A stretch of 64,000 bases of DNA from positions 1-64,000 of the IMG/VR virus record IMGVR_UViG_3300020084_000003, one strand, 5' to 3'. The translations under genes and the position numbers were made by a program. The notes beneath the pieces were generated by a model that ran no database searches, was not told where the DNA came from, and worked only from the letters and a program-made list of their open reading frames with translations. How positions within the stretch are numbered: the first letter of the stretch is position 1; each line of letters starts with the position of its first letter. This document shows, in pieces, positions 9,914 to 18,767 of the stretch.

Positions 9914-10008
9914 GTTATAACGTAAATCGAGCCAAGAGTCAAGAAGAAAATTGAACTTTGTCGATTTATTTTTTTCTTCTTGACTCTTACCCTATTTTAG
10001 AGTAGATT
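9914..10008. promoter_or_regulatory. divergent sigma70 promoter pair built from a 17-bp inverted repeat
   Basis: minus strand TTGACT(9942-9937)-17-TATAAC; plus strand TTGACT(9980)-17-TAGATT; IR AAGAGTCAAGAAGAAAA. Confidence 0.6.
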
Positions 10009-10036
10009 ATAATAACCATAGTGACAGTGATTCGCA

Positions 10037-11554
10037 CTATAGGTCTACAGTGTAGACTTTAACCTCAAAACCTTCTTCTGCATATATCTCAAGTCTTTTA
10101 GCAAAATGCTGGTATGAATAGTTACCATTGTTTGTGCTGCTTGTCAATAGGTCGCCTATGTCATAAAGGACAGTATCATCTGATCCATTACCTTTTCTAA
10201 GTAATCTACCTATAGACTGCAATGTTTTAACTTCACCTTTGGTTCCAGATGCAAATATGGCATTGTCAATTCTTTTAATTGAAACACCAGTAGACGTGGT
10301 TCCTGATGAAGCAACAATATCATATACTTTTTCTGGATTAGATTCTATCTGCTGTCTCATTTCTTCTCTAACGTCAACATCTACTTTGCCATGAATAAAG
10401 AATACTACTCTTCCTTCTCTTTCAAACATTTCAGCAAGTATTTTACCATGAGTGTCTACATCATCAAACAAAATCAAATTGTTCTTCCCATCTAATGATG
10501 CAACAAGATTTTTAATGAACTCATTTCTAGAATCACTAGCCTTCAAAAATGCTTTCTCCAAAGGATATTTCATCTTACCTTTTTTGCTATTATGAATCTT
10601 GTTGTCATTCTCTAGCTGTTTCAATGCTTCTCTAAATCTTTTCTTTTCATCTTTTGTATGATTTAACAGTATTGCCTTGATTTTGAATTTTGCAGTTACG
10701 TTATTGTCAATCATCTCTTTAGTAGAAATGTATTTGCGTATCTTGCCAAACATGCCTTCAAGGTTCAGTCTATGCACTTTTGATTCGGAAGATATTGTTC
10801 CAGTAAATCCATGTCTGAAATAACATTCTGGCAAAGAGTCCATTATTGTTGTGAGTGATTTAGAGTCGAACGTATGCGCTTCATCTCCCAACACACATCC
10901 AAATTCAGAAAAGAACTTGCTGTCCTTTTTGACCAAAGTATGCCATGTTGAAACAACTATTTTTGTGCCGGGATCATCATTAACGCCATCGCCCATCATC
11001 CCTATGAATTCTCTTGGGCAATTATATGAAACAAAGTCGCTGACCATTTGTTTAGTCAACTGTATTCTAGGAACTACAATCAAAACTCTTACATCATAAT
11101 TTATGATATAAAACATTGCGATGATATATTGAATTAAAGATTTACCGGAACTGGTCGGACTGAGGTTCAAGCTTCTGCCATCTTTTATCGCGTCGGTAAT
11201 ATATTTCGCTTGATAGTCGTGCAGAGTGTATGGTATCTTTAGCTTGGTAGCGAGATTCGTGATATCTTCCTCGGTTACAGCGTCACCGTAAAACACATCC
11301 TTGTGTATGTCAATAGTGTATTCACGTTCATCCGCAAACTTTTTTAATAAATTTATGAGGCCAACATACAAGCTCTGGTCTTTGGTAGAGAATATACGTA
11401 TATAACCATCCCAGATGCGATTGCGGTATTTTGGGTGGTGTTGGTAGTTTTTTGGTCTGAAAGTGAAATAATCAGAAATTTCCTGTAAAATGCCTCTATC
11501 AGCTTCTACATGAAGATGTATAGCATTTTTGATAGTTACCTTAATATCAGCCAT
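10037..11554 (-). CDS. uvsW: UvsW SF2 DNA helicase
   Basis: YFTF, SPTSSGKS, GDEAH, GFTGT, TLQSIGRLLR motifs. Confidence 0.96.
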   Translation of the reverse strand: MADIKVTIKNAIHLHVEADRGILQEISDYFTFRPKNYQHHPKYRNRIWDGYIRIFSTKDQSLYVGLINLLKKFADEREYTIDIHKDVFYGDAVTEEDITNLATKLKIPYTLHDYQAKYITDAIKDGRSLNLSPTSSGKSLIQYIIAMFYIINYDVRVLIVVPRIQLTKQMVSDFVSYNCPREFIGMMGDGVNDDPGTKIVVSTWHTLVKKDSKFFSEFGCVLGDEAHTFDSKSLTTIMDSLPECYFRHGFTGTISSESKVHRLNLEGMFGKIRKYISTKEMIDNNVTAKFKIKAILLNHTKDEKKRFREALKQLENDNKIHNSKKGKMKYPLEKAFLKASDSRNEFIKNLVASLDGKNNLILFDDVDTHGKILAEMFEREGRVVFFIHGKVDVDVREEMRQQIESNPEKVYDIVASSGTTSTGVSIKRIDNAIFASGTKGEVKTLQSIGRLLRKGNGSDDTVLYDIGDLLTSSTNNGNYSYQHFAKRLEIYAEEGFEVKVYTVDL

Positions 11555-12413
11555 TCAATATCCAATCTCTACATTTCTTAGTTTTGTTTGTTAACAGGTT
11601 GCTTACACTTGTTACTGGTATATTAGTATTTTTAATAAATTCGTGTCTAGTGCATTCCATTGTTTCTTTTGTTTTTGTGTTAAAAAACTTGTATATTTTA
11701 ACATCTTTGTTAAAGTTTTTAGTTCTATCAAAATCATCTATTGTAGATGCTAGTTTCCAACCTTTGTAGCTTTTCTCTTTGCCATTTAAAAGGTTTGTTA
11801 ATGAAGCAACATTTCCTGATAGTTTATTAAATTCACTTCTAGTGAGGGACATTTTTTCACCATTAGGTGAAATGAAATCATATTTATTTTTATCTAATTT
11901 ATAGTGATGGTCGTTTATTCTAAGTTTATAATTCAAGTAATCCTCAGTTATTGTGTCATTTTCTTCCATAATGAACCAGTTTTTATAGCTTCTTATGATA
12001 TTTAGCTTAACTTGACTAAAACCAGTTTTACTATTATATTTCTTAGACATGTCGTAAATCGTCGCATATTCCACTCTTCCATCTGCATTACCCCATTTAT
12101 ATATTGTAGGATCATACATAGGATGCGTTTTACCAGAATATTTCGGTGGATTGGCATTCAAGCACAAGTTCATACATAAACTATTTTGATAGTTATTTAG
12201 TATATGAAATTCTTCTCTAACTACATTTTCTTCGTCCGATCCACAATATTCTATGACTTCTTTAGTTAAGTTTGTCTTATTTTCATGAGTTTGTATCCAT
12301 TTACCGCTACCTAAATATGGGTCTTCAAGAGCATCTTCATATCTAGATGTAGTTCTTTTTCCAATATAAAATCTGCCATCTATGTCTGTGACTTTATAAA
12401 CATAGTGAATCAT
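11547..12413 (-). mobile_element. free-standing GIY-YIG (Seg-like) homing endonuclease
   Basis: YVYKVT..FYIGKR..YLGSG N-terminus with repeated C-terminal DNA-binding modules; inserted between uvsY and uvsW. Confidence 0.8.
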
Positions 12414-12862
12414 CAGGCTACTCCTGACACAAATTTTTCGTATTCTATGATGTTTTTTATATCGAATGATCTTTGGTTTAGCTTTTTAACTATGTCTTCT
12501 AGGTATCTTATGCAATTATCGGTTTCCGCAATAGTTTCGATAAACTTTATTATGTCTGGGTCTGCGTCCATCACTTTTGATACTTCTGATTTAACTAGAC
12601 GTTTGCCATAAACAGGCCAGCCAAGTTCTTTCATTTTTGGTAGGTCCATTTCACCAGAGTAATAATCTATTTTGTTGGATTTTAATTCTGCATATAGAGA
12701 ATTTAGTTTATTCTTCTTAGACACCATCTTGACCAACATGCTGTAGTATTTCTGGTGCAAACTAAGCTGATTTCTGGAATGTTTTGATAGGTCGGGGTCT
12801 GTTCTAAAATCTTCGGAATCTTTGGACCACTCTTCATTTATAGTGTCAATTGTAATAGCCAT
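12413..12862 (-). CDS. uvsY: UvsY recombination mediator
   Basis: WSKDS, LHQKYY, YYSGE, DADPDI, RSFDIKNIIEYEKF; start placed at MAITID. Confidence 0.88.
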   Translation of the reverse strand: MAITIDTINEEWSKDSEDFRTDPDLSKHSRNQLSLHQKYYSMLVKMVSKKNKLNSLYAELKSNKIDYYSGEMDLPKMKELGWPVYGKRLVKSEVSKVMDADPDIIKFIETIAETDNCIRYLEDIVKKLNQRSFDIKNIIEYEKFVSGVA

Positions 12863-12875
12863 ATTATATCCTTTA

Positions 12876-13361
12876 TTAATATCTTTCAATAGTGTAATAA
12901 TTATAGTTAAATGTAGCATCTACTATTAAAGGCTTAGTGTCTGTAAGAGCATTATCAAAGTTAAGATCGCTCAATCCAGACGGGAAAGCATCAAAGAATG
13001 TTACATTTATAGCAGGGTTTTTGCTGCTGTTAAGTATAATAACACTTATATCAGATTTTAGATCATATTTCAAGTCATTTTTCTTGTATTGTGAATGATC
13101 TTGTGGGAAAGCTATGTGATGCATCCAATCAAATAATTCCATATAGTTTTCCATTTTCTCATCAACAAGAAAAGACCATGTTAGCTCATGATAATCCAAC
13201 TTATCATAAGGCACTCTTAGTGGGTTCAATGGTGTTGGCTGAGTTATTGCGTTTGCAGAAATTGATGGAATATTTGTCTTCTGCAAAGTGAATGTTGTAT
13301 TGGGCAATCTCTTGACACTTCCAATGAAATTGTTGGGCGTCATGTAATTTATGAAGGGCAT
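12876..13361 (-). CDS. gp3: tail completion / tube terminator
   Basis: NYMTPNNF..RLPN..NIPSIS..FLVDEKMENYMELFDW..DAFPSGLS; start placed at MPFIN. Confidence 0.88.
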   Translation of the reverse strand: MPFINYMTPNNFIGSVKRLPNTTFTLQKTNIPSISANAITQPTPLNPLRVPYDKLDYHELTWSFLVDEKMENYMELFDWMHHIAFPQDHSQYKKNDLKYDLKSDISVIILNSSKNPAINVTFFDAFPSGLSDLNFDNALTDTKPLIVDATFNYNYYTIERY

Positions 13362-13371
13362 ATGTTTCCTC

Positions 13372-13400
13372 TTGACATGGAATGGATATAAGTCTATAGT
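13372..13400 (+). promoter_or_regulatory. sigma70-type promoter of the sir2-cca operon
   Basis: TTGACA-17-TATAGT. Confidence 0.7.
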
Positions 13401-13428
13401 GTTCTTCTGAATGAAAAGGAGAAGAATC

Positions 13429-14151
13429 ATGAATATATTTATACTCACCGGAGCAGGAATTTCCGCAGATAGTGGAATGCAAACATTTCGGGACGTTAAT
13501 TCTGGAATCTGGGCGAATCACAATCTTCAAGATGTTTGCGTTGCTGGCGCTTTTGAAAAAAATCCAGAACTGGTGAACAATTTCTACAACATGCGGCGGC
13601 ATGAATCTGATTCGCATGAACCGAATGCGGCGCATTACGCTATTGCGGAATATCAGAAGAAAACCAAAAATAATGTTGTTTTGGTTACGCAAAATATCGA
13701 CAACTACCATGAGCTTGCTGGTTCGCCAGTAATCAAAATGCATGGTGATCTATACAAGATGTATTGCATCAATTGCGGCGAATATTTCCGGGTAACAAAA
13801 GGCTATGTTCACGATATCAATGAAGCTTGCCGGGATTGCGGTCAAACTCGGTCAATTCGGCCAGACGTTGTTTTCTTTGGTGAAGACATTGAAATCAACG
13901 AATTTGAATTGAATCGGTTTTTGCGGAAAGATGCAAATGGGGAACGGCTTGCCTACTTCATTGCCATTGGAACCTCTGGAAACGTCTATCCGGCTGCTGG
14001 TATGGTCAAGAAAGCACATTTTCACTCCAAGAAGGTGTATATCAACTTGACTCCTGACCATGCATCGCATATCTTCAATGACAAGCGAATCGGTCGGGCC
14101 AAAGATACTGTTCCGGCATTTTTTGAAGAGCTATATTTGATGCATGGTTAG
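13429..14151 (+). CDS. Sir2/CobB NAD-dependent deacylase
   Basis: TGAGISADSG, TFRD, QNID, MHG, two CxxC, RPDVVFFGE, GTSGNVYPAA. Confidence 0.95.
   Translation: MNIFILTGAGISADSGMQTFRDVNSGIWANHNLQDVCVAGAFEKNPELVNNFYNMRRHESDSHEPNAAHYAIAEYQKKTKNNVVLVTQNIDNYHELAGSPVIKMHGDLYKMYCINCGEYFRVTKGYVHDINEACRDCGQTRSIRPDVVFFGEDIEINEFELNRFLRKDANGERLAYFIAIGTSGNVYPAAGMVKKAHFHSKKVYINLTPDHASHIFNDKRIGRAKDTVPAFFEELYLMHG
13436..13443 (-). promoter_or_regulatory. T4-type late promoter for gp3-uvsY-uvsW
   Basis: exact TATAAATA on the minus strand about 75 nt upstream of gp3, inside sir2 codons 3-5. Confidence 0.6.
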
Positions 14152-14160
14152 GAGAATAAA

Positions 14161-15378
14161 ATGAGCGTTAGGACTTACATGGTTGGTGGTGCAGTTCGGG
14201 ACATGCTGATGGGCATCGAACCCAAGGATATTGATTATGTGGTCGTAGGCGCTACTCCTGATTACATGGAAAATGTTCTTGGAATGAAACGTGTCGGGCA
14301 GGACTTTCCAGTTTTTCTTGATGAAAATGGCGACGAATATGCTCTGGCGCGTCGTGAGCGTTCTACCGGTGAAGGCTATGTTGACTTTCAATTTGAAGTT
14401 GACGGTGTTTCTCTGGCCGAGGATTTGCTTCGTCGTGACCTGACCATCAATGCAATCGCTAAAAATAAGGACATTGGTAATATCTTTGATCCTTATGGTG
14501 GTCGTGCAGATATCGAAGATAAAATCTTCCGTCCTGTGTCGGATGCTTTCATGGAAGACCCGGTGCGCGTTCTGCGCGTTGCACGTCTACGTGCGCGTTA
14601 CGGCGCGGATTGGACCCTTTCTGACGAGCTACGTATTATGGTAAAAAAGATGGTGAAAAAAGGTGTTCTTTCAAATCTTCAACCTGATCGAGTTTGGAAA
14701 GAAATGAGCCGTGCGCTCATGGAACCAAACCCTCGCCTTTTCTTTGATACTCTATATGAATTGGATGCTTTACATGTAGTTTTTCCTGAGATTTATAAAA
14801 TGTTGACTTCGTTGGAGCCAATTTTTTATCATCCTGAAAAAAATACGTATGAACATACCATGTTGGTTCTTACTCAAGCTGCTAATTTTGGATATGATAT
14901 TGAAACCCGATTTTCATGCTTGATGCATGACATTGGCAAAACTCTGACGACTTTTGATAAATTTCCTGCACATTATGGTCATGATATTAAAGGTGTAGAG
15001 CTTGTTGAACAATTTGGACACAAATATAAAATTCCGAGTAAGATGATTAAAATAGCAAAATTTGCTACCAGATATCATATGTATGGGCATAAGCTTGGAG
15101 AAATGAATCCAAAGACAATAGTAAAAATGTTTGATGAAATCAATCTTTCTTCCCAGAAAATTGATTTCGTTGTAAATCTAAAAAACGTTTTTGAATGTGA
15201 CGAAAGAGGTCGGCTTGGTTACGAACATGTAATTGTAGATGATAAATCAATTATCATTGATTGGGCTAATTCTTATATCGGTGTTAAATTTGATGATGTG
15301 TTTCCTAATGGAGAAACAAATGTTAATAAGATTAAAGATGGGATGTTTAGAAAAAGATGTGCAGCGATAAAGAAATAG
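14161..15378 (+). CDS. cca: tRNA nucleotidyltransferase (CCA-adding) with HD domain
   Basis: VGGAVRD, DIDY, RRDLTINA, EDPVRVLR, HD motif MHDIGK. Confidence 0.95.
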   Translation: MSVRTYMVGGAVRDMLMGIEPKDIDYVVVGATPDYMENVLGMKRVGQDFPVFLDENGDEYALARRERSTGEGYVDFQFEVDGVSLAEDLLRRDLTINAIAKNKDIGNIFDPYGGRADIEDKIFRPVSDAFMEDPVRVLRVARLRARYGADWTLSDELRIMVKKMVKKGVLSNLQPDRVWKEMSRALMEPNPRLFFDTLYELDALHVVFPEIYKMLTSLEPIFYHPEKNTYEHTMLVLTQAANFGYDIETRFSCLMHDIGKTLTTFDKFPAHYGHDIKGVELVEQFGHKYKIPSKMIKIAKFATRYHMYGHKLGEMNPKTIVKMFDEINLSSQKIDFVVNLKNVFECDERGRLGYEHVIVDDKSIIIDWANSYIGVKFDDVFPNGETNVNKIKDGMFRKRCAAIKK

Positions 15379-16298
15379 TTGGTTATGTGTATAAGACAAC
15401 AAGAATTTCCACAGGTGAATTTTATATAGGAAGGCACCTGTGGAAATCAGAAACTATAGACGAAGAATATTTCGGAAGTGGTTTATGGGTTGAGAACTAT
15501 AAGAAGAAATATAAAAGAATTTGGAAAAATGACTTAAAATGTGAAGTAATAGAGTATCATACAGATATTGTTGATTTATATAAATCAGAGATTGAACATA
15601 TAAGAAGAAACTATAAAGATGTTTTAAATAAAAATTTATCAATGAGCGGAGATGGGACGTTAAGTCCTCAATATAAATCGGATAAGTTTTTTTGGATCAA
15701 TATAGAAACTGGTGAATGTATCCATGCAACCCGATTGGAAATGTTTCATAGGATAGGTTCTAAAAGAACTCAAATAACTGGCTGTATAACCGGAAGATAT
15801 TATTCCGTTTCTGGATGGTTCTTCATGGGTAAAGAAAAGATGAACGTAGATTTGAATGTTATTATTAATAAAATTAAAAGAATGGGAGAATACGCCTATA
15901 ATTTTGATTCTAAAGAATATAAATGGATAAATTCTAATGGTGATATTGTATACAAAAATCAGACACAAATGGCTGAGTTATTGCACTGCAATAAGTCTAT
16001 GGTAAATCAAGCTATCAAAGGAACTAAATTGTCAGTAAAGGGTTGGTATTTATTCGACAGATATGATCCTGATATTGTAAATAAAAGCGATCAAGTAGGA
16101 AAATACTCCTCTTCATATGTAAAAGAAACTTTCGATTGGGTATATCCGAATGGAGATATAGTATTTTCAAAAACACCTTATGAAGTTTTTATAGAATTGG
16201 AGTTGAAAAGCAGAAGCCATGTTGGAAGAGTATCTAGAGGATTAATTTCACAATATAGAGGTTTAAAATTATACCGTGGCAGCGAAAAAAGTTCTTGA
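15357..16298 (+). mobile_element. free-standing GIY-YIG homing endonuclease
   Basis: GYVYKTT..FYIGRH..YFGSG; repeated YKWIN..G modules; very AT-rich. Confidence 0.8.
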
Positions 16299-16323
16299 CG
16301 AATCGCTTCCCCGGAACTATAAA
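16295..16323 (+). promoter_or_regulatory. sigma70-type promoter with A-tract
   Basis: AAAAAAGTTC-TTGACG-17-TATAAA. Confidence 0.65.
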
Positions 16324-16357
16324 GACAGTCCAAGCAAGAAACAGAAGGAGAATTGAT

Positions 16358-16498
16358 ATGCATCTAGTTGTAGCAACCATCGCTGGCGTTGAAGTAGCTG
16401 TTAAAACTACTAACAAACCAGAAGAAGCAAAAAACCTTCTAAAGCATCAATATGCTAATACTGGTGTGCGAATCAGCGTTCAACCTCTGAACGCATAA
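16358..16498 (+). CDS. hypothetical protein (46 aa)
   Basis: ATG after SD AAGGAG; first gene after the promoter. Confidence 0.65.
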   Translation: MHLVVATIAGVEVAVKTTNKPEEAKNLLKHQYANTGVRISVQPLNA

Positions 16499-16514
16499 CA
16501 GGGAAATCTGGACC

Positions 16515-17165
16515 ATGATTAAATTGCTAGGCTCCCTACCTCGCGGGAAAACAATTTCTATTGCATTCTCAGGGGGTGTGGATAGTGTAGTTGCTCTTGA
16601 CTTCATTTCAAGGCGACACCCTGTTGAAATCTTGTATTTCAATCATGGTCCAGAAGACCCAACTTCACAGTCTATGGAAGACTTTGCTATTAGTAAAGCT
16701 AACACTTATAACTGTGAATTTAAGATCGGCCATGTTGAAAAAGAACGACTTAAAGGACAATCTCTTGAAGAATATTGGCGCGATTCGCGTTATGCATGGT
16801 TTGATACTATGCCAGACAAATTCATTGTAACTGGTCATCATCTAGATGATTGTGTAGAGACTTGGATTTGGTCTAGTCTTAATGGAACAGGTAAAACCAT
16901 TCCATACAAGAGGAATGAGAATGTTTATAGGCCATTTCTGCTAAACAAAAAAGCAGAATTGCAAAATTGGGCAGATAGAAATAACATGGCCTATAAGTAT
17001 GATCCAACAAATGAAGACAATTCTAAAACACGCAATTACATTCGTAATGTCATGATGCCACATTGTCTAAAAGTAAATCCGGGGCTTCACAAGATGGTGA
17101 AGAAAAAAGTTATCATCGACAGTGAAAAATACTTGACAAGTGACCCCGACTCGTATATAACTTGA
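16515..17165 (+). CDS. tilS: tRNA(Ile)-lysidine synthase catalytic domain
   Basis: PP-loop SGGVDS, SRY, TGHHLDDCVET, RPFL, DPTN, RNYIRN; lacks the C-terminal domains. Confidence 0.88.
   Translation: MIKLLGSLPRGKTISIAFSGGVDSVVALDFISRRHPVEILYFNHGPEDPTSQSMEDFAISKANTYNCEFKIGHVEKERLKGQSLEEYWRDSRYAWFDTMPDKFIVTGHHLDDCVETWIWSSLNGTGKTIPYKRNENVYRPFLLNKKAELQNWADRNNMAYKYDPTNEDNSKTRNYIRNVMMPHCLKVNPGLHKMVKKKVIIDSEKYLTSDPDSYIT
17133..17161 (+). promoter_or_regulatory. sigma70-type promoter inside the tilS 3' end
   Basis: TTGACA-17-TATAAC. Confidence 0.7.
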
Positions 17166-17171
17166 TGCTCA

Positions 17172-17209
17172 AGGTTGAACGCAGCAGTGTTCAAAATCAA
17201 AATCAACCT
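17172..17209 (+). promoter_or_regulatory. structured 5' leader of the DUF2828 gene
   Basis: TTGAACGC-AGCA-GTGTTCAA hairpin, or the alternative AGGTTGA/TCAACCT helix next to the SD. Confidence 0.5.
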
Positions 17210-17223
17210 GAAAGGAATATAAA

Positions 17224-18660
17224 ATGGTAAAATTTTCAAAAGCAGTTTCACAACTTTCTTCTGATGAAATCAGCCGCACAGAAAACGGCATGAAAGCCTT
17301 CGCTACTAGCGATTCAAAGGTTTTGGACCTTTTCGGTCGTGTTGGTTCCGCACGTGCAATCGGCGGAAAAGCTCTTTCTGGTATTTTCTCTGCCGCACTA
17401 GCGGAAGATGAAGAAAAAGCCATTCGTGTGTTGCTGTGGGCGCGTGACGTTCGCGGTGGTGCTGGTGAGCGTAAAGTTTTCCGTGAACTTCTAGAAGTTC
17501 TGGAAGCTTCTAACCCTTCCTTGGCTAATCGCATTATGCCAAAAATTCCTTTCTTGGGTCGTGTAGACGATCTATTTTCCTATAAAGACCCCATCAACCG
17601 CAAAGATGCCCTTGACATGTTTGCCGATGGCCTAATGGCTGGTGATGGTCTGTTTGCCAAGTGGGCACCGCGTGAGAAATCCGCGAAAAGCGCAATTGCA
17701 GCAGAATTGCGTAAGCACATGGGTCTTTCTCCAAAGGAATACCGTAAACTGTTGGTAAAAAATACCAACGTTGTCGAGAGCCAAATGTGTGCAAAAGAAT
17801 GGGGTGCGATTAATTTCTCCCACGTTCCTTCACTTGCTTCCGCACGTTATCAAAAGGCGTTCGGTCGCAATGCAAGTGAGCATTATGCTGCATATATTCG
17901 TGAGCTTCAAAAGCCACAAGAAGAGCGTGACCCAAAAGTGAAAATTAACGCTGGTGCGGTATATCCGTATGATGTTGTTAAGTCACTTTATCGCGGTAAC
18001 GAAGCTGTTGCTAACGCACAGTTCGATGCTCTTCCTGACTATGTTGGTGACGCGAAAATTCTACCTCTGGTAGACGTTTCCGGCTCAATGGGCGTTGGCT
18101 CAGGGGTTAATGGTGTTACTTGCATGGAAATCGCTATCGGTCTAGGTCTTTACCTTTCCGGTAAATGCACTTCTGATTTCAAGAATACGTTCTTGACTTT
18201 CAGCGAAACACCAAAACTTCAAACATTGAATGGAACGCTATCACAGCGTTACAATCAACTTCGTCGTGCGGATTGGGGCATGAATACTAACCTTCATGCA
18301 GCATTCGCAGAAGTTTTGAAAACTGCAACTAGGTATGGTGTTTCCCAAGAGGATATGCCAGACACAATTCTGATCCTTTCAGATATGCAGTTCGACCAAT
18401 GCACTCGTTACGATGACTCTGCTATGCAGATGATTAAGCGTAAGTATGCGGAAGCTGGCTATAAAATGCCTTCAATCGTATTCTGGAACCTTAATGGTCG
18501 TGTCGAAAACACTCCTGTCAAAACAAATGACAAGGGCGTTGCCTTGGTTTCAGGTTTCTCGCCTGCTATCATGGCCGCTGTTCTGGGCGCTGATCCAGAA
18601 GAGTTCACGCCTTATAAAATGATGGAAAATACCATCATGAGTGATCGCTACACATTCTGA
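17224..18660 (+). CDS. DUF2828-type TROVE-like helical + vWA protein
   Basis: WARDVRGGAGER, AKWAPRE, HVPSLAS, MIDAS DVSGSM, ILSDMQFD, FWNL, SGFSP. Confidence 0.85.
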   Translation: MVKFSKAVSQLSSDEISRTENGMKAFATSDSKVLDLFGRVGSARAIGGKALSGIFSAALAEDEEKAIRVLLWARDVRGGAGERKVFRELLEVLEASNPSLANRIMPKIPFLGRVDDLFSYKDPINRKDALDMFADGLMAGDGLFAKWAPREKSAKSAIAAELRKHMGLSPKEYRKLLVKNTNVVESQMCAKEWGAINFSHVPSLASARYQKAFGRNASEHYAAYIRELQKPQEERDPKVKINAGAVYPYDVVKSLYRGNEAVANAQFDALPDYVGDAKILPLVDVSGSMGVGSGVNGVTCMEIAIGLGLYLSGKCTSDFKNTFLTFSETPKLQTLNGTLSQRYNQLRRADWGMNTNLHAAFAEVLKTATRYGVSQEDMPDTILILSDMQFDQCTRYDDSAMQMIKRKYAEAGYKMPSIVFWNLNGRVENTPVKTNDKGVALVSGFSPAIMAAVLGADPEEFTPYKMMENTIMSDRYTF

Positions 18661-18686
18661 AAAAAGGGCCAATTGGCCCTTTTTTT
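18661..18686 (+). terminator. intrinsic terminator
   Basis: AAAAAGGGCC-AATT-GGCCCTTTTTTT. Confidence 0.85.
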
Positions 18687-18707
18687 CTTATGACATGATA
18701 AAAGTAG

Positions 18708-18736
18708 TTGACATGTCCATATGGGTATGGTATGAG
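18708..18736 (+). promoter_or_regulatory. sigma70-type promoter
   Basis: TTGACA-17-TATGAG. Confidence 0.6.
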
Positions 18737-18767
18737 GACACCATTGATAACTTTGGAAGGGTAAATT

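Noticed and set aside
17169-17534. Minus-strand 121-aa ORF and many other antisense ORFs in the track
   Set aside because: Shadows of well-supported genes on the other strand, with no SD or recognisable motifs
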